This document shows, one piece after another, positions 15,684-24,908 of a stretch of 33,646 bases of DNA. Each line of letters opens with the position of its first letter. The stretch's first letter is position 1. The DNA is from Oscillospiraceae bacterium (GTDB lineage: Bacteria; Bacillota; Clostridia; Oscillospirales; CAG-272), in the NCBI GenBank assembly GCA_015065045.1, contig SVRB01000003.1:1-33646 (forward strand), read 5' to 3'. The notes beneath the pieces are model-generated. The model saw only the letters and a list, made by a program, of their open reading frames with translations, had not been told where the DNA came from and did not search any database. The position numbers were made by a program, and so were the translations under genes.

Positions 15684-16682
15684 GTGGCAAGAACGATAGG
15701 AATCGATTTGGGTACTGCCAACACGTATGTATACAGAAAAGGCAGAGGGATCGTTATAAGAGAGCCCTCTGTAATCGCAATAGACGAAGAAAAATGTAAA
15801 GTGGTAGCTTTAGGTGAGGATGCTTACGAAATGATAGGCAAAGAGCCTACAAACGTAAAGGCTACACGCCCCATTAAAGACGGCGTTATTGCAGAATTTG
15901 ATATAACCGTAGCTATGCTTCACGGATTTATCGTTAAGGCATCGGGAAAAGGAAGTCTCAACCGACCGAACGTTGTATTAACGGTTTCCGAAAGCATCAC
16001 AGAGGTTGAAAAAAGAGCGCTTGAGGAAGCGGCTGCCGAAGCAGGAGCAAGAAGTGTCGCAACTATAAAAGCATCATTTGCGGCAGCGCTCGGAGCGGGA
16101 TTGCCCATCGAAGAACCAAGAGGCAGTATGATCGTAAACATCGGCGGCGGAACGACCGACGTTGCCGTTATGAGTCTTGGTGGCATAATCGAATCCGACT
16201 CTGTAAGGGTTGGAGGAGATAAGATTGACGACGCTATTTTATCTTACTTAAAGAGAAAATATAATTTGATAATCAGCTCTATAGATGCTGAAGAATTAAA
16301 AAGAAGCATCGGCACACTCTCTCCTTCGGCTGAAGAAAAATATGCCGAGGTGTACGGCAGAGATGCTGTAAGCGGACTCCCTCTTACCATAAAAGTAAAA
16401 AATACCGAGCTTATTGACCCTATAAAAGAACAGATTTCACACATTGTTGACTGTATAAAATCAACCTTAGAAAAGCTTCACCCCGAATTATCCTCCGATA
16501 TTCACGACTATGGAATGACACTTTCGGGCGGAGGAGCGCTTTTAGATGGAATCGAAGAATACTTTACAAAGCTTTTTGGCTTTGAAGTCAGAGTTGCCGA
16601 AAACGCAACCGACTGCTGTGTTGAAGGAATACAGAAGGTAATTGATCTCTTCCCTCAGTTTATTTCATTCAATAACCGATAA
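15684..16682 (+). CDS. mreB: Rod shape-determining protein MreB, divergent active site
   Basis: IDLGTANT, EPSV, RPIKDGVI, GGGTT and LSGGGAL actin-fold motifs; first gene of mreBCD; GTG start with GAGGTG RBS. Confidence 0.92.
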   Translation: MARTIGIDLGTANTYVYRKGRGIVIREPSVIAIDEEKCKVVALGEDAYEMIGKEPTNVKATRPIKDGVIAEFDITVAMLHGFIVKASGKGSLNRPNVVLTVSESITEVEKRALEEAAAEAGARSVATIKASFAAALGAGLPIEEPRGSMIVNIGGGTTDVAVMSLGGIIESDSVRVGGDKIDDAILSYLKRKYNLIISSIDAEELKRSIGTLSPSAEEKYAEVYGRDAVSGLPLTIKVKNTELIDPIKEQISHIVDCIKSTLEKLHPELSSDIHDYGMTLSGGGALLDGIEEYFTKLFGFEVRVAENATDCCVEGIQKVIDLFPQFISFNNR

Positions 16683-16703
16683 ATTATCAGGAGAAATATT
16701 AAA

Positions 16704-17543
16704 TTGAAAAATCTGTTTCAAAACAAATTTATGATAGTGCTTATAGTTATTTCGATAATTTTGGTAGGTACTACGTCTTTCATATCAGCCTTAGGCTACA
16801 CATCCTATGTAAGAAATGCCATAGGTATTGTTTTGACGCCTATACAAAAGGGGGCGGATTTTGTTTTTGACAGCTTTGAAAATATTTTTGCCGATAAAGC
16901 AGACTACAAAAAGCTCAAAGAAGAAAATGAAAACTTAAAGCTTCTTCTTTCCGAAAAGGAAAAAGAGCTTGCCGACGCTCAAAACACCGTAAAAGAAAAT
17001 GAAAATTTAAAGGACTTCCTCGGTTTAAAGGAAGAGCATCCCGATTTTGTTCTTGCCGATGCTAAAGTTACCGGAAGACAGACGAATAATTACTCTATCG
17101 TTTATACCTTGGATAAGGGCTCATACCACGGCATAACACCGGGAATGCCCATAATAGACAAGTTTGGTATTGTCGGTTGCATCAGCGAGGTTGGTCTTAC
17201 TTGGTCAAAAGCAACCTCAATTATAAATACTGACGTTTCTGTCGGAGTGATGATACAAAGAACGGGTGAAACAGGTGTTTCAAGCGGAAGCTTTTCCGCA
17301 TTCAAAGATGGACTTTGCGTTGTTTCATATTTGCCGAACGATACCGACGTGCAAGTAGGCGACAGAATAGTTACCTCTGCAAACAGCTCGCTTTACCCTA
17401 AAGACATTCTTCTTGGAAAAGTCGAATCAATAAAGCACGACCCTGTTTCAAGAGAAATTCTTGTATACGTAAAGCCTGCCGCAAATATCACGGAGGTCAG
17501 CTCGGTAATGATAATTACCGATTATAGTATAGCATATGAATAA
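16704..17543 (+). CDS. mreC: Rod shape-determining protein MreC
   Basis: N-terminal TM, coiled coil (ENENLK), LDKGS..GI..GMP, GDRIVTS...LYPKDILLG. Confidence 0.93.
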   Translation: MKNLFQNKFMIVLIVISIILVGTTSFISALGYTSYVRNAIGIVLTPIQKGADFVFDSFENIFADKADYKKLKEENENLKLLLSEKEKELADAQNTVKENENLKDFLGLKEEHPDFVLADAKVTGRQTNNYSIVYTLDKGSYHGITPGMPIIDKFGIVGCISEVGLTWSKATSIINTDVSVGVMIQRTGETGVSSGSFSAFKDGLCVVSYLPNDTDVQVGDRIVTSANSSLYPKDILLGKVESIKHDPVSREILVYVKPAANITEVSSVMIITDYSIAYE

Positions 17544-18081
17544 GCATTTCAATATTGCCGTTATTTTTGATATTGTAATATACGGATTGCTTTTGATTGT
17601 GCTGTCCGTTTTACAGACAACCTTAATTCCCCGTTTTCCGATATACGACGCTATTCCCGATATAATGATCGGCGCTGTATGCTGTATCGGTGTTTACAGA
17701 GGAGAGAGATGCGCCGCAATTTTTGGTCTTATGGCGGGTCTTTGTTCTGATGCGCTCGGAAGCACGGGATTATCATTATTGCCGCTTTTTTACACCCTCG
17801 TTGGTTATATTGCGGGTAATATTGGCGCAAACGCAAGAGAAAAGGCTCGCTTTGCGGCATATCTTATCACTATCCCTGCCGTTTGTTTTGCAAAAACGGC
17901 ATTATCTTTTTTTCACCATATCATAATATATTTTGATTCGATCAAGCTGGGTGATTACTTTTTGCATACTTTTTTACCCGAATTTGTTTATACGCTTTGC
18001 TTGTGTATACCGATCTTTATACTCGTAAAGCTGTTTGATATTCCATTAAACACACTCAGAAAGAGAGGCGGTTATCGTTGA
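17536..18081 (+). CDS. mreD: Rod shape-determining protein MreD
   Basis: 181 aa membrane protein (LQTT...PD...FGLMAGLCSD), overlapping mreC and the pbp gene. Confidence 0.85.
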   Translation: MNKHFNIAVIFDIVIYGLLLIVLSVLQTTLIPRFPIYDAIPDIMIGAVCCIGVYRGERCAAIFGLMAGLCSDALGSTGLSLLPLFYTLVGYIAGNIGANAREKARFAAYLITIPAVCFAKTALSFFHHIIIYFDSIKLGDYFLHTFLPEFVYTLCLCIPIFILVKLFDIPLNTLRKRGGYR

Positions 18082-20171
18082 GAAAAAACAGCAGATATCA
18101 TTTCAGATATATATTACCGACCCTTCTCTTTGTGTTGGTCTGCATATGCTTTGCAGCAAGAATAATATACTTGCAAATAAATGCACCCGAGCTTCAAACA
18201 TCATCCGAGCTTACGGTAAGAACTGTAGCCGTTAAAGCTGTAAGGGGTGAAATATATGACCGTAACGGCATCAAGCTTGTAGCAAACAGCTATTCGTATA
18301 ACGTGATGCTTGACGCTAACACCTTCCCTAAAAGCAACAGCGAAAAAAATCAGACATTATCTACACTTATCGATATTTTAGGCAATACTCCCGACACGCA
18401 GTTTCCCGTAATAAACGGATATAAAGAAGCTGAATATAAGGATTTTGATACAAACAGCTCCGAATATAACGGATTTATGAAAATGCTCGACAAATTCAAG
18501 TTACCGAGAAACACCTCGTGTGAAGATCTTGTCAGCTTTTTATTAAAGAGATATGAGCTTGTTGACAAAAACGGAAAGCTTAGCGTAAACGAAGAAATGC
18601 TTATGTCTGTAATGGCTGTCAGATATGAATGCGAAAGACTTAGCTTCAATTCTCTTAGTCCCGTTACTATCGAAAAGAATATTTCTATGGCAACATTGAC
18701 AGCCGTCGAAGAAGCATCTCTTGACGGAGTTAAAATAAGCAAATCTGTAGACAGAGTTTATAATTATCCCAAGTACGCCGCGCATATTATCGGCAGAACG
18801 GGTAAAATTCAAGCCGCAGACCTCGAATACTATACCGAAAAAGGATACCCGATGGACGCTATCGTGGGCATTGACGGTATCGAAAAGGCTTATGAAGAAT
18901 ATTTAAGAGGAATCGACGGAACTCTTGTAATTGTAGAAGATAAGAATAAAAACATCGTTGACGAATACTACAAAAAACAGCCCGTTGCAGGAAACGACGT
19001 TTATCTTACTATCGATATAAATATGCAGATCGTCGCAGAGGACGCTCTTGATTATAATATAAAGTATATCAAAGAAAAAGCTGACGCGACTATTAAAGAA
19101 GAAACCGAAAAGTATACTGATGCAAACGGCAATATTATAGACGCATCCAAAATCCCCCAGTATATAGGCGAGGACGTAACCTCGGGCGCTGTTACTCTTG
19201 TCAATCCGAATACGGGAGAAATATACGCTATGGCTTCAAATCCGACGTATAATCTTTCTACCTATCTTCAGGACTACAGCAGTCTCCTTACAGCAGACAA
19301 CAATCCCCTCTTTAACCGAGCGCTTATGGGAACCTACGAACCGGGCTCGACGTTTAAGATTGGTGTTGCAGCAGCCGCGCTTGAATACGGCGTTATAAAC
19401 AGATATACAACAATGTATGACAGCGGTGTTTATAAATATTATCCCGACTTTCAGCCCGAATGTTGGGTGTATAAATCTCACGGATACGGACACGGAACCG
19501 TAAACGTTATATCCGCAATTCAGCATTCTTGTAACTACTTCTTCTATGAAACAGGAAGACTTTTGACTATCGAAAGAATGAACGAATTTTGCAAGAAGCT
19601 TGGACTTGGCGAAAGCACGGGCATTGAGCTTCCCGAATCAAACGGAATCCTTGCAGGACCTGCATATTCATCGTCAATCAACAAACAATGGATGCCCGGT
19701 GATACGGTACAGTCAGCAATAGGTCAGTCTGATAATACCTTCTCCCCCTTGCAGATCTCGATGTACTTGTCCACAATGATAAACGGCGGAAACAGATACA
19801 GAGCTCATTTGCTTCACTCCGTTCGTGAGTTTGGCACAAATAAAATTATATACGAAGAGCAGCCTGAAACTTTAAATACAGTTGAATTATCAGCTGAAAC
19901 GGTTAATACTATAAAGACCGGTATGAAGAGCGTTATGGAAAACGGTACTGCAGCACCCGTATTCTCCGACTACCCGATAGAAATCGGAGGAAAAACAGGT
20001 ACAGCGCAGGTTGGTTCCAAAAAAAGTAATAACGGTATATTTATGGCATTTGCCCCTTATGATAACCCCGAAATCGTTGCATCTTGTATAATTGAGCAAG
20101 CGGGCGGCAGTAACGACTGTGGTCTGACGATCAGAAAAATGTTTAACTACCACTTCAATATAATTGAATAA
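18078..20171 (+). CDS. mrdA: Class B penicillin-binding protein (PBP2/MrdA-like)
   Basis: RGEIYDRNG, GIDGIEK pedestal motifs; STFK, SCN and KTG catalytic motifs; follows mreD. Confidence 0.9.
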   Translation: MRKNSRYHFRYILPTLLFVLVCICFAARIIYLQINAPELQTSSELTVRTVAVKAVRGEIYDRNGIKLVANSYSYNVMLDANTFPKSNSEKNQTLSTLIDILGNTPDTQFPVINGYKEAEYKDFDTNSSEYNGFMKMLDKFKLPRNTSCEDLVSFLLKRYELVDKNGKLSVNEEMLMSVMAVRYECERLSFNSLSPVTIEKNISMATLTAVEEASLDGVKISKSVDRVYNYPKYAAHIIGRTGKIQAADLEYYTEKGYPMDAIVGIDGIEKAYEEYLRGIDGTLVIVEDKNKNIVDEYYKKQPVAGNDVYLTIDINMQIVAEDALDYNIKYIKEKADATIKEETEKYTDANGNIIDASKIPQYIGEDVTSGAVTLVNPNTGEIYAMASNPTYNLSTYLQDYSSLLTADNNPLFNRALMGTYEPGSTFKIGVAAAALEYGVINRYTTMYDSGVYKYYPDFQPECWVYKSHGYGHGTVNVISAIQHSCNYFFYETGRLLTIERMNEFCKKLGLGESTGIELPESNGILAGPAYSSSINKQWMPGDTVQSAIGQSDNTFSPLQISMYLSTMINGGNRYRAHLLHSVREFGTNKIIYEEQPETLNTVELSAETVNTIKTGMKSVMENGTAAPVFSDYPIEIGGKTGTAQVGSKKSNNGIFMAFAPYDNPEIVASCIIEQAGGSNDCGLTIRKMFNYHFNIIE

Positions 20172-20185
20172 AAGGATTTAGCTTT

Positions 20186-21388
20186 ATGAAAAGATTATTT
20201 ATTTCGATAATTTTAATATGTATTGTTCTCATAACGGCATCCTGTTCGGGAAAATTACCCGAAACAAACGAATACAAGTGTGAATTTGACACAAAGAACA
20301 AAACCGTATCTATAGTCGGTTACGAAGGCAGCTCGGAGAAAATTGTAATTCCCGAAAAGTTTGGAAAATATACAGTTACCGAGATTGGCCGAAACGCATT
20401 TTCAAAGAACTACGAGCTTTCGAAAATTACAATCCCCGAGACTGTAACATCTATCGGCGACAGAGCCTTTGAATTATGTATAGGCTTAAAAGAAATCGAG
20501 CTTCCGCCCGAGCTTAAAAGTATAGGCAATGCGGCATTTTCTAATTGCCGTTCTTTGAGAAAAATATCAATCCCCGAGGCTGTCGAAAAAATAGGTCTCA
20601 GCGTGTTTACGGGTTGCACTTCACTTGAAAAAATTGAAGTTGACGAAAACAACTCCAACTACGTTTCAGACAGATACGGAGCTTTGCTCGACAAAAACCA
20701 AACTACAGTTATCCAATACCCCACCGGAAGCCAACGCACTAAATACGAGATGCCGAATACTGTTACAACTATAGAGAGCTACGCATTTGAAAAATCAAAG
20801 AACCTTGAAGAAGTTACTTTTTCAGAAAACTTAAAAACAATAAAAAGCTATGCTTTTCAAGCCTCTGGAATACGCAGCGCTGAATTTTCCGACAGGCTCG
20901 AACAAATAGGCAACTTTGCATTTAACGAATCAAAGCTTTCATCAATTACACTTGGTAATTCAGTAAAGAGCATCGGCGACTCAGCTTTCGCTTGGTGCAC
21001 GTCGCTTACGGAAATCGAAATACCCTCAACGACCGACGTTATCGGTGTTTCGGCATTCTTTATGTGTACTTCAATCGAAAAATATACCATAGGTAAAGAA
21101 AATAAGAAATTTGCTTCCGATGATTACGGAGTGCTGTTCAATAAGGATAAATCGATATTGCTATACTACCCCGTCGGCAGCGCGACAGAGGAATACACTG
21201 TACCAAGTACAGTTAAGACGATTTCAGCAAGCTCATTTTCGACTTGCTTGAATATTAAAAAGATTATAATCCCTGACTCCGTTGAAGAAATAAACGACCT
21301 TGCTTTTTCTCAGTGTCCAAACCTTGCCGACGTAATATACGAAGGCACAAAGCCTGAAAGCATCGCTGAAAACGCATTTGAAAAATAA
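20186..21388 (+). CDS. BspA-like leucine-rich-repeat (LRR_5) lipoprotein
   Basis: Signal peptide ending ITASC (lipobox); repeated IPxxVxxIGxxAFxxCxxL units; two GxLxxKxxxxLxxYP inserts. Confidence 0.88.
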   Translation: MKRLFISIILICIVLITASCSGKLPETNEYKCEFDTKNKTVSIVGYEGSSEKIVIPEKFGKYTVTEIGRNAFSKNYELSKITIPETVTSIGDRAFELCIGLKEIELPPELKSIGNAAFSNCRSLRKISIPEAVEKIGLSVFTGCTSLEKIEVDENNSNYVSDRYGALLDKNQTTVIQYPTGSQRTKYEMPNTVTTIESYAFEKSKNLEEVTFSENLKTIKSYAFQASGIRSAEFSDRLEQIGNFAFNESKLSSITLGNSVKSIGDSAFAWCTSLTEIEIPSTTDVIGVSAFFMCTSIEKYTIGKENKKFASDDYGVLFNKDKSILLYYPVGSATEEYTVPSTVKTISASSFSTCLNIKKIIIPDSVEEINDLAFSQCPNLADVIYEGTKPESIAENAFEK

Positions 21389-21435
21389 TAAAAAAAGAGA
21401 TTGCATTTACGAGGCTTCTCATAAGGATGTTTAAC

Positions 21436-21500
21436 GTAGGGGCGATCATTGATCGCCCGCAACCATCCGCAAAAAACGGGCGACCGATGGTAGCCCCTAC
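21436..21500. repeat. REPIN-like inverted pair of GTAG-type REP palindromes
   Basis: GTAGGGGCGATCATTGATCGCCCG (21436-21459) and CGGGCGACCGATGGTAGCCCCTAC (21477-21500) in inverted orientation. Confidence 0.8.
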
Positions 21501-21509
21501 AAACGGATT

Positions 21510-21540
21510 TCGGCAGAGAACTTGTTTTCTCTGCCGATTT
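21510..21540 (+). terminator. Terminator-like hairpin after the mre operon
   Basis: TCGGCAGAGAA-N6-TTCTCTGCCGA followed by TTTGTGTT. Confidence 0.6.
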
Positions 21541-21550
21541 GTGTTATAAT
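21522..21550 (+). promoter_or_regulatory. Candidate sigma-A promoter for the YcxB-family gene
   Basis: TTGTTT-17 nt-TATAAT with extended TGn. Confidence 0.55.
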
Positions 21551-21564
21551 GGAATCACCGAAAA

Positions 21565-21697
21565 GCCTCCCTCCGAGAGGGAGGTGGCACGGCGTAGCCG
21601 TGACGGAAGGAGCCTGCGTAATTTTGGGTTTGTGCTAACTTTATTGTAACGCACTCTCCCTCAGTCGCTTCGCGACAGCTCCCTCCCGGAGGGAGCC
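21565..21697. repeat. Inverted doublet of a two-hairpin GC-rich repeat unit
   Basis: 21565-21612 (reverse complement CTCCTTCCGTC-hairpin-GCCACCTCCCTCTCGGAGGGAGGC) and 21656-21697 (CTCCCTCAGTC-hairpin-GACAGCTCCCTCCCGGAGGGAGCC); homologous to 3057-3135 and 3397-3515. Confidence 0.82.
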
Positions 21698-21802
21698 TAT
21701 GGATGCGCTCGTTCATCTTTAGGGGTATGGGCTTTGCCTTGTGCCTTTGTATTACAAAGGCGAAATTTGCGATAAAATACAAAATCAGAAAGGAACTTAC
21801 CT

Positions 21803-22303
21803 ATGAAAAACCAATACAAAATCACAAAAGAGTTAATGAAAACATGGGCAAAGGAATACCATATACACGGTGCGAAAAATGTAATATTATTTATCCTTTG
21901 GTGCGTATTAGGCGTTATTGGAATAAAGGGGCTTGTTTTTTCTATCTCAACCCACAGCGACTGGATGGATATTTATATCTATGCACTTTTTACTGTCCTT
22001 GCTGTTTTCAAGTTATTTTTTGCTCGTTTCTTTTTTTGGTCAAAAAGATATAAACTGTACTCGACTACATATGGAGTTTCCGAGTGGATACGTACCACAG
22101 AGTTTTTGGATGATGAAATAATTATTACAGACCATACATCAGTCAGCAAATTAAAATATAGCAACATCAAGACAATAAAAGAAAAAAACAATGTTGTTAT
22201 AATATTTATGAATAATAATATGGCCATAAGGTTGTATAAAGATGCTTTTGTAGAAGGCTCCTGGGAAAAATGTAAGGAAAAAATTAATACTATGCTCAAA
22301 TAA
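21803..22303 (+). CDS. YcxB-family membrane protein
   Basis: 166 aa, two N-terminal TM helices, C-terminal 'EFLDDEIII...LKYSNIKTIKE...IIFM...LYKDAF' YcxB-like pattern; AAAGGA RBS. Confidence 0.7.
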   Translation: MKNQYKITKELMKTWAKEYHIHGAKNVILFILWCVLGVIGIKGLVFSISTHSDWMDIYIYALFTVLAVFKLFFARFFFWSKRYKLYSTTYGVSEWIRTTEFLDDEIIITDHTSVSKLKYSNIKTIKEKNNVVIIFMNNNMAIRLYKDAFVEGSWEKCKEKINTMLK

Positions 22304-22309
22304 GATAAA

Positions 22310-22338
22310 CCCCGACAGTTTTTTAAAATCTGTCGGGG
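22310..22338 (+). terminator. Hairpin after the YcxB-family gene
   Basis: CCCCGACAG-N11-CTGTCGGGG. Confidence 0.55.
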
Positions 22339-22364
22339 CTAATTATTTGTTCACTGCGTATCAA

Positions 22365-22394
22365 AAAAGCCTTCTCCTGTGGGAGAAGGCTTTT
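22365..22394. terminator. Bidirectional terminator downstream of pgsA
   Basis: AAAAGCCTTCTCC-tgtg-GGAGAAGGCTTTT. Confidence 0.7.
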
Positions 22395-22444
22395 CAATTT
22401 TCCGCTAAGCGTACACGCTTTCTGCAATCTTTTTTTATTATGTA

Positions 22445-23038
22445 TTACTTTTCGGGATCAAGCAACGGCCAGTATGCTTTAAGATAATCAATACCTGACC
22501 AGATAGTCATAAATACCATGAATGCTACAGATACGTAGCTGAGTATGTGATACTCGTTTATAATTGTATTTGCAAAGAACGCAGGTTCGAGAATCATAAC
22601 GAGAATACATACGATCTGTGATACTGTCTTGATCTTTCCGAGGTATGCTGCAGCAATAACTACTGATGAACCGCTTGATGCAATCATACGCAATGATGTT
22701 ATCGCAATTTCGCGAAGAATAACGATAAACGTTGCCCACGCAAATACCATATAGAAAACTCTGTCGTATGTTATTGTAGAAAGAATCGCGATATATCCGC
22801 CGATCGTCATAAGCTTATCGGCAACGGGATCAAGAAACTTTCCAAAATCTGTTATAAGGTTATGCTTTCTTGCAATCTTTCCGTCAAGCATATCAGTCAA
22901 TGCAGTAAGACCAAATATCACTGCCGCCGCAATTCTTGACCAGAAATCACCAAGAACGGGGAACATTATAATAAACATAAAAAATGGTATCATGACCATT
23001 CTCAACACGGTCAACTTGTTTGGAAGATTCATTTTCAT
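22445..23038 (-). CDS. pgsA: CDP-diacylglycerol--glycerol-3-phosphate 3-phosphatidyltransferase
   Basis: MNLPNKLT, TDMLDGKIARK...DFGKFLDPVADK CDP-alcohol motif. Confidence 0.97.
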   Translation of the reverse strand: MKMNLPNKLTVLRMVMIPFFMFIIMFPVLGDFWSRIAAAVIFGLTALTDMLDGKIARKHNLITDFGKFLDPVADKLMTIGGYIAILSTITYDRVFYMVFAWATFIVILREIAITSLRMIASSGSSVVIAAAYLGKIKTVSQIVCILVMILEPAFFANTIINEYHILSYVSVAFMVFMTIWSGIDYLKAYWPLLDPEK

Positions 23039-23065
23039 AATCTTTTACTCCTGTCAAAATTATTG

Positions 23066-24394
23066 TTATTTCGTTTCGCCTATAAGGTCATAGTCAAGTG
23101 TTTCGGTTATTCTTACGTTATATATCTTACCCTCTGGAAGTCTCTTGCCGCAAGTAAAATAGATCTTACCGTCAATCTCGGGAGCGTCAGCCTGACTTCT
23201 TCCGTAATGCGCGTTCGAAACGGGATCATAACCCTCGCACAATACTTTTATAACCTTTCCGACTTTTTCTTCGTTCTTTTCTCTGTTTATATCATACTGC
23301 ATATCCATAATGATATCGCAGCGGTCCTGCTTTGTCTGTTCGTCTATCTGGTCTTCCAAATCGTAAGCAGGAGTTCCCTCTTCTCTTGAATATGTAAAAG
23401 CGCCGAGTCTTTCAAACTTCGTTTCCTTTAAGTATTCGCAAAGCTCAACAAAATCTTCTTCTGTCTCACCGGGGAAACCTGTTATAACAGTTGTACGGAG
23501 AGTAATATCGGGAACAGCTTTTCTGAGTCTTTCAACAGCGCTCTTGATTACAGCCTGACCACCGTGTCTGTTCATTCTCTTCAAAACGCTTTCCGAAATA
23601 TGCTGGATAGGCATATCTATGTATTTTACAACTCTGTCGTTACTCTTTATCTCCTCAACAAGCTCGTCAGTGATCTTGTCAGGATAGCAATACAAAAGTC
23701 TTATCCAGGGAATATTCGTTTCGCTCGTTATTCTCCTAATAAGCTCTGCAAGCTTATATTCACCGTAGATATCCACACCATATCTTGTTGTATCCTGAGC
23801 AACAAGAGTAAGCTCAAGCGCGCCTAAAGACTCAAGACTCTTTGCTTCTTCAACGATGTCCTCCATCGTTCTGCTTCTGAATTTACCTCTGATTGCAGGA
23901 ATAGCGCAATATGAGCACTTGTTGTCACAGCCCTCGGCAATCTTAAGATACGCCATATAATCGGGCGTCGTAACAAGTCTGTCACCGCCAAAGTCATAAG
24001 CATCCTTGTCACCGTATTTCTCAACAAACTTCTTGTTTTCTACAGCCTTTACAACCTCGACAATATCGTGAATGGAGGAAACACCCATAATAGCATCACA
24101 TTCGGGAATTTCCTTTACTATCTCGCCCTTATATCTTTCTGCCAAGCATCCTGCAACGATTATACCTTTGCAGTTTGCATTTTGCTTAAGCCATGAAGCA
24201 TCAAGAATATTATCAATAGCTTCCTGCTTTGCGCTCTCGGTAAAAGCGCAGGTGTTTACAATAATTATGTCAGCTTCGCTCTCCTCGGGAGTAATCTCAT
24301 ATCCTGCCTTGTAAAGCTCGTTGAGCATAATTTCGGTATCTATAAGATTCTTCGGACATCCAAGCGAAATAAATCCGATTTTATTCTTCTTCAT
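23066..24394 (-). CDS. rimO: Ribosomal protein S12 methylthiotransferase
   Basis: SLGCPKN, NTCAF, KIAEGCDNKCSYCAIP radical-SAM motif, APEIDG TRAM domain. Start set at ATG 24394. Confidence 0.96.
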   Translation of the reverse strand: MKKNKIGFISLGCPKNLIDTEIMLNELYKAGYEITPEESEADIIIVNTCAFTESAKQEAIDNILDASWLKQNANCKGIIVAGCLAERYKGEIVKEIPECDAIMGVSSIHDIVEVVKAVENKKFVEKYGDKDAYDFGGDRLVTTPDYMAYLKIAEGCDNKCSYCAIPAIRGKFRSRTMEDIVEEAKSLESLGALELTLVAQDTTRYGVDIYGEYKLAELIRRITSETNIPWIRLLYCYPDKITDELVEEIKSNDRVVKYIDMPIQHISESVLKRMNRHGGQAVIKSAVERLRKAVPDITLRTTVITGFPGETEEDFVELCEYLKETKFERLGAFTYSREEGTPAYDLEDQIDEQTKQDRCDIIMDMQYDINREKNEEKVGKVIKVLCEGYDPVSNAHYGRSQADAPEIDGKIYFTCGKRLPEGKIYNVRITETLDYDLIGETK

Positions 24395-24899
24395 TTTCTT
24401 CAAGCAACCTCGTGTATGCATATTTTATTTCAGCGTAACCATAGCCGTATCTTGCCAAAGCGGCATTCACCTTTTGGGCAGTCTTGCTGTCGCGTATCTT
24501 TTTTACCAAGTTCTTCTTGCGAATAAGCTTTACGCAGTTTTCCTCAAAATCCACGTCAGATACACAATCCTCAAAGCTTTCAGAAATAAGCTCTCTGTCA
24601 AACCCTTTTCTTTGAAGTTCAAGCTTGATCCTGCCGCGCCCGTACAGCTTTTTGTCAGCTAAATATTCGGTATAAGATCGAATAAGTCTCGCGTCATTTA
24701 TAAGTCCAGCCTCTTTCAGCTTTACAACAGCGGAATCTATCGTCTCTTTGTCAAAGCCGCGGTTTGAAAGCTTATCGCGTAAGCTTTTCTCGGTATTATC
24801 AGCAAAAACAAGTATATTTGTCGCCGCTGTCATAATATCCTTTGCCGACTTATTCTCTGTCTTATTGTTTATGTTTTCAGAATTTTTATATTCTTTCAT
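24381..24899 (-). CDS. recX: Regulatory protein RecX
   Basis: Directly after recA; TEKSLRDKL, GLINDAR, YGRGRIKLELQRKG, LARYGY. Confidence 0.88.
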   Translation of the reverse strand: MKEYKNSENINNKTENKSAKDIMTAATNILVFADNTEKSLRDKLSNRGFDKETIDSAVVKLKEAGLINDARLIRSYTEYLADKKLYGRGRIKLELQRKGFDRELISESFEDCVSDVDFEENCVKLIRKKNLVKKIRDSKTAQKVNAALARYGYGYAEIKYAYTRLLEENEEE

Positions 24900-24908
24900 A
24901 CCTGTCTA

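Noticed and set aside
21703-22053. 116-aa ORF overlapping the YcxB-family gene
   Set aside because: Alternative frame without an RBS; 21803-22303 has an RBS and a family-like pattern.
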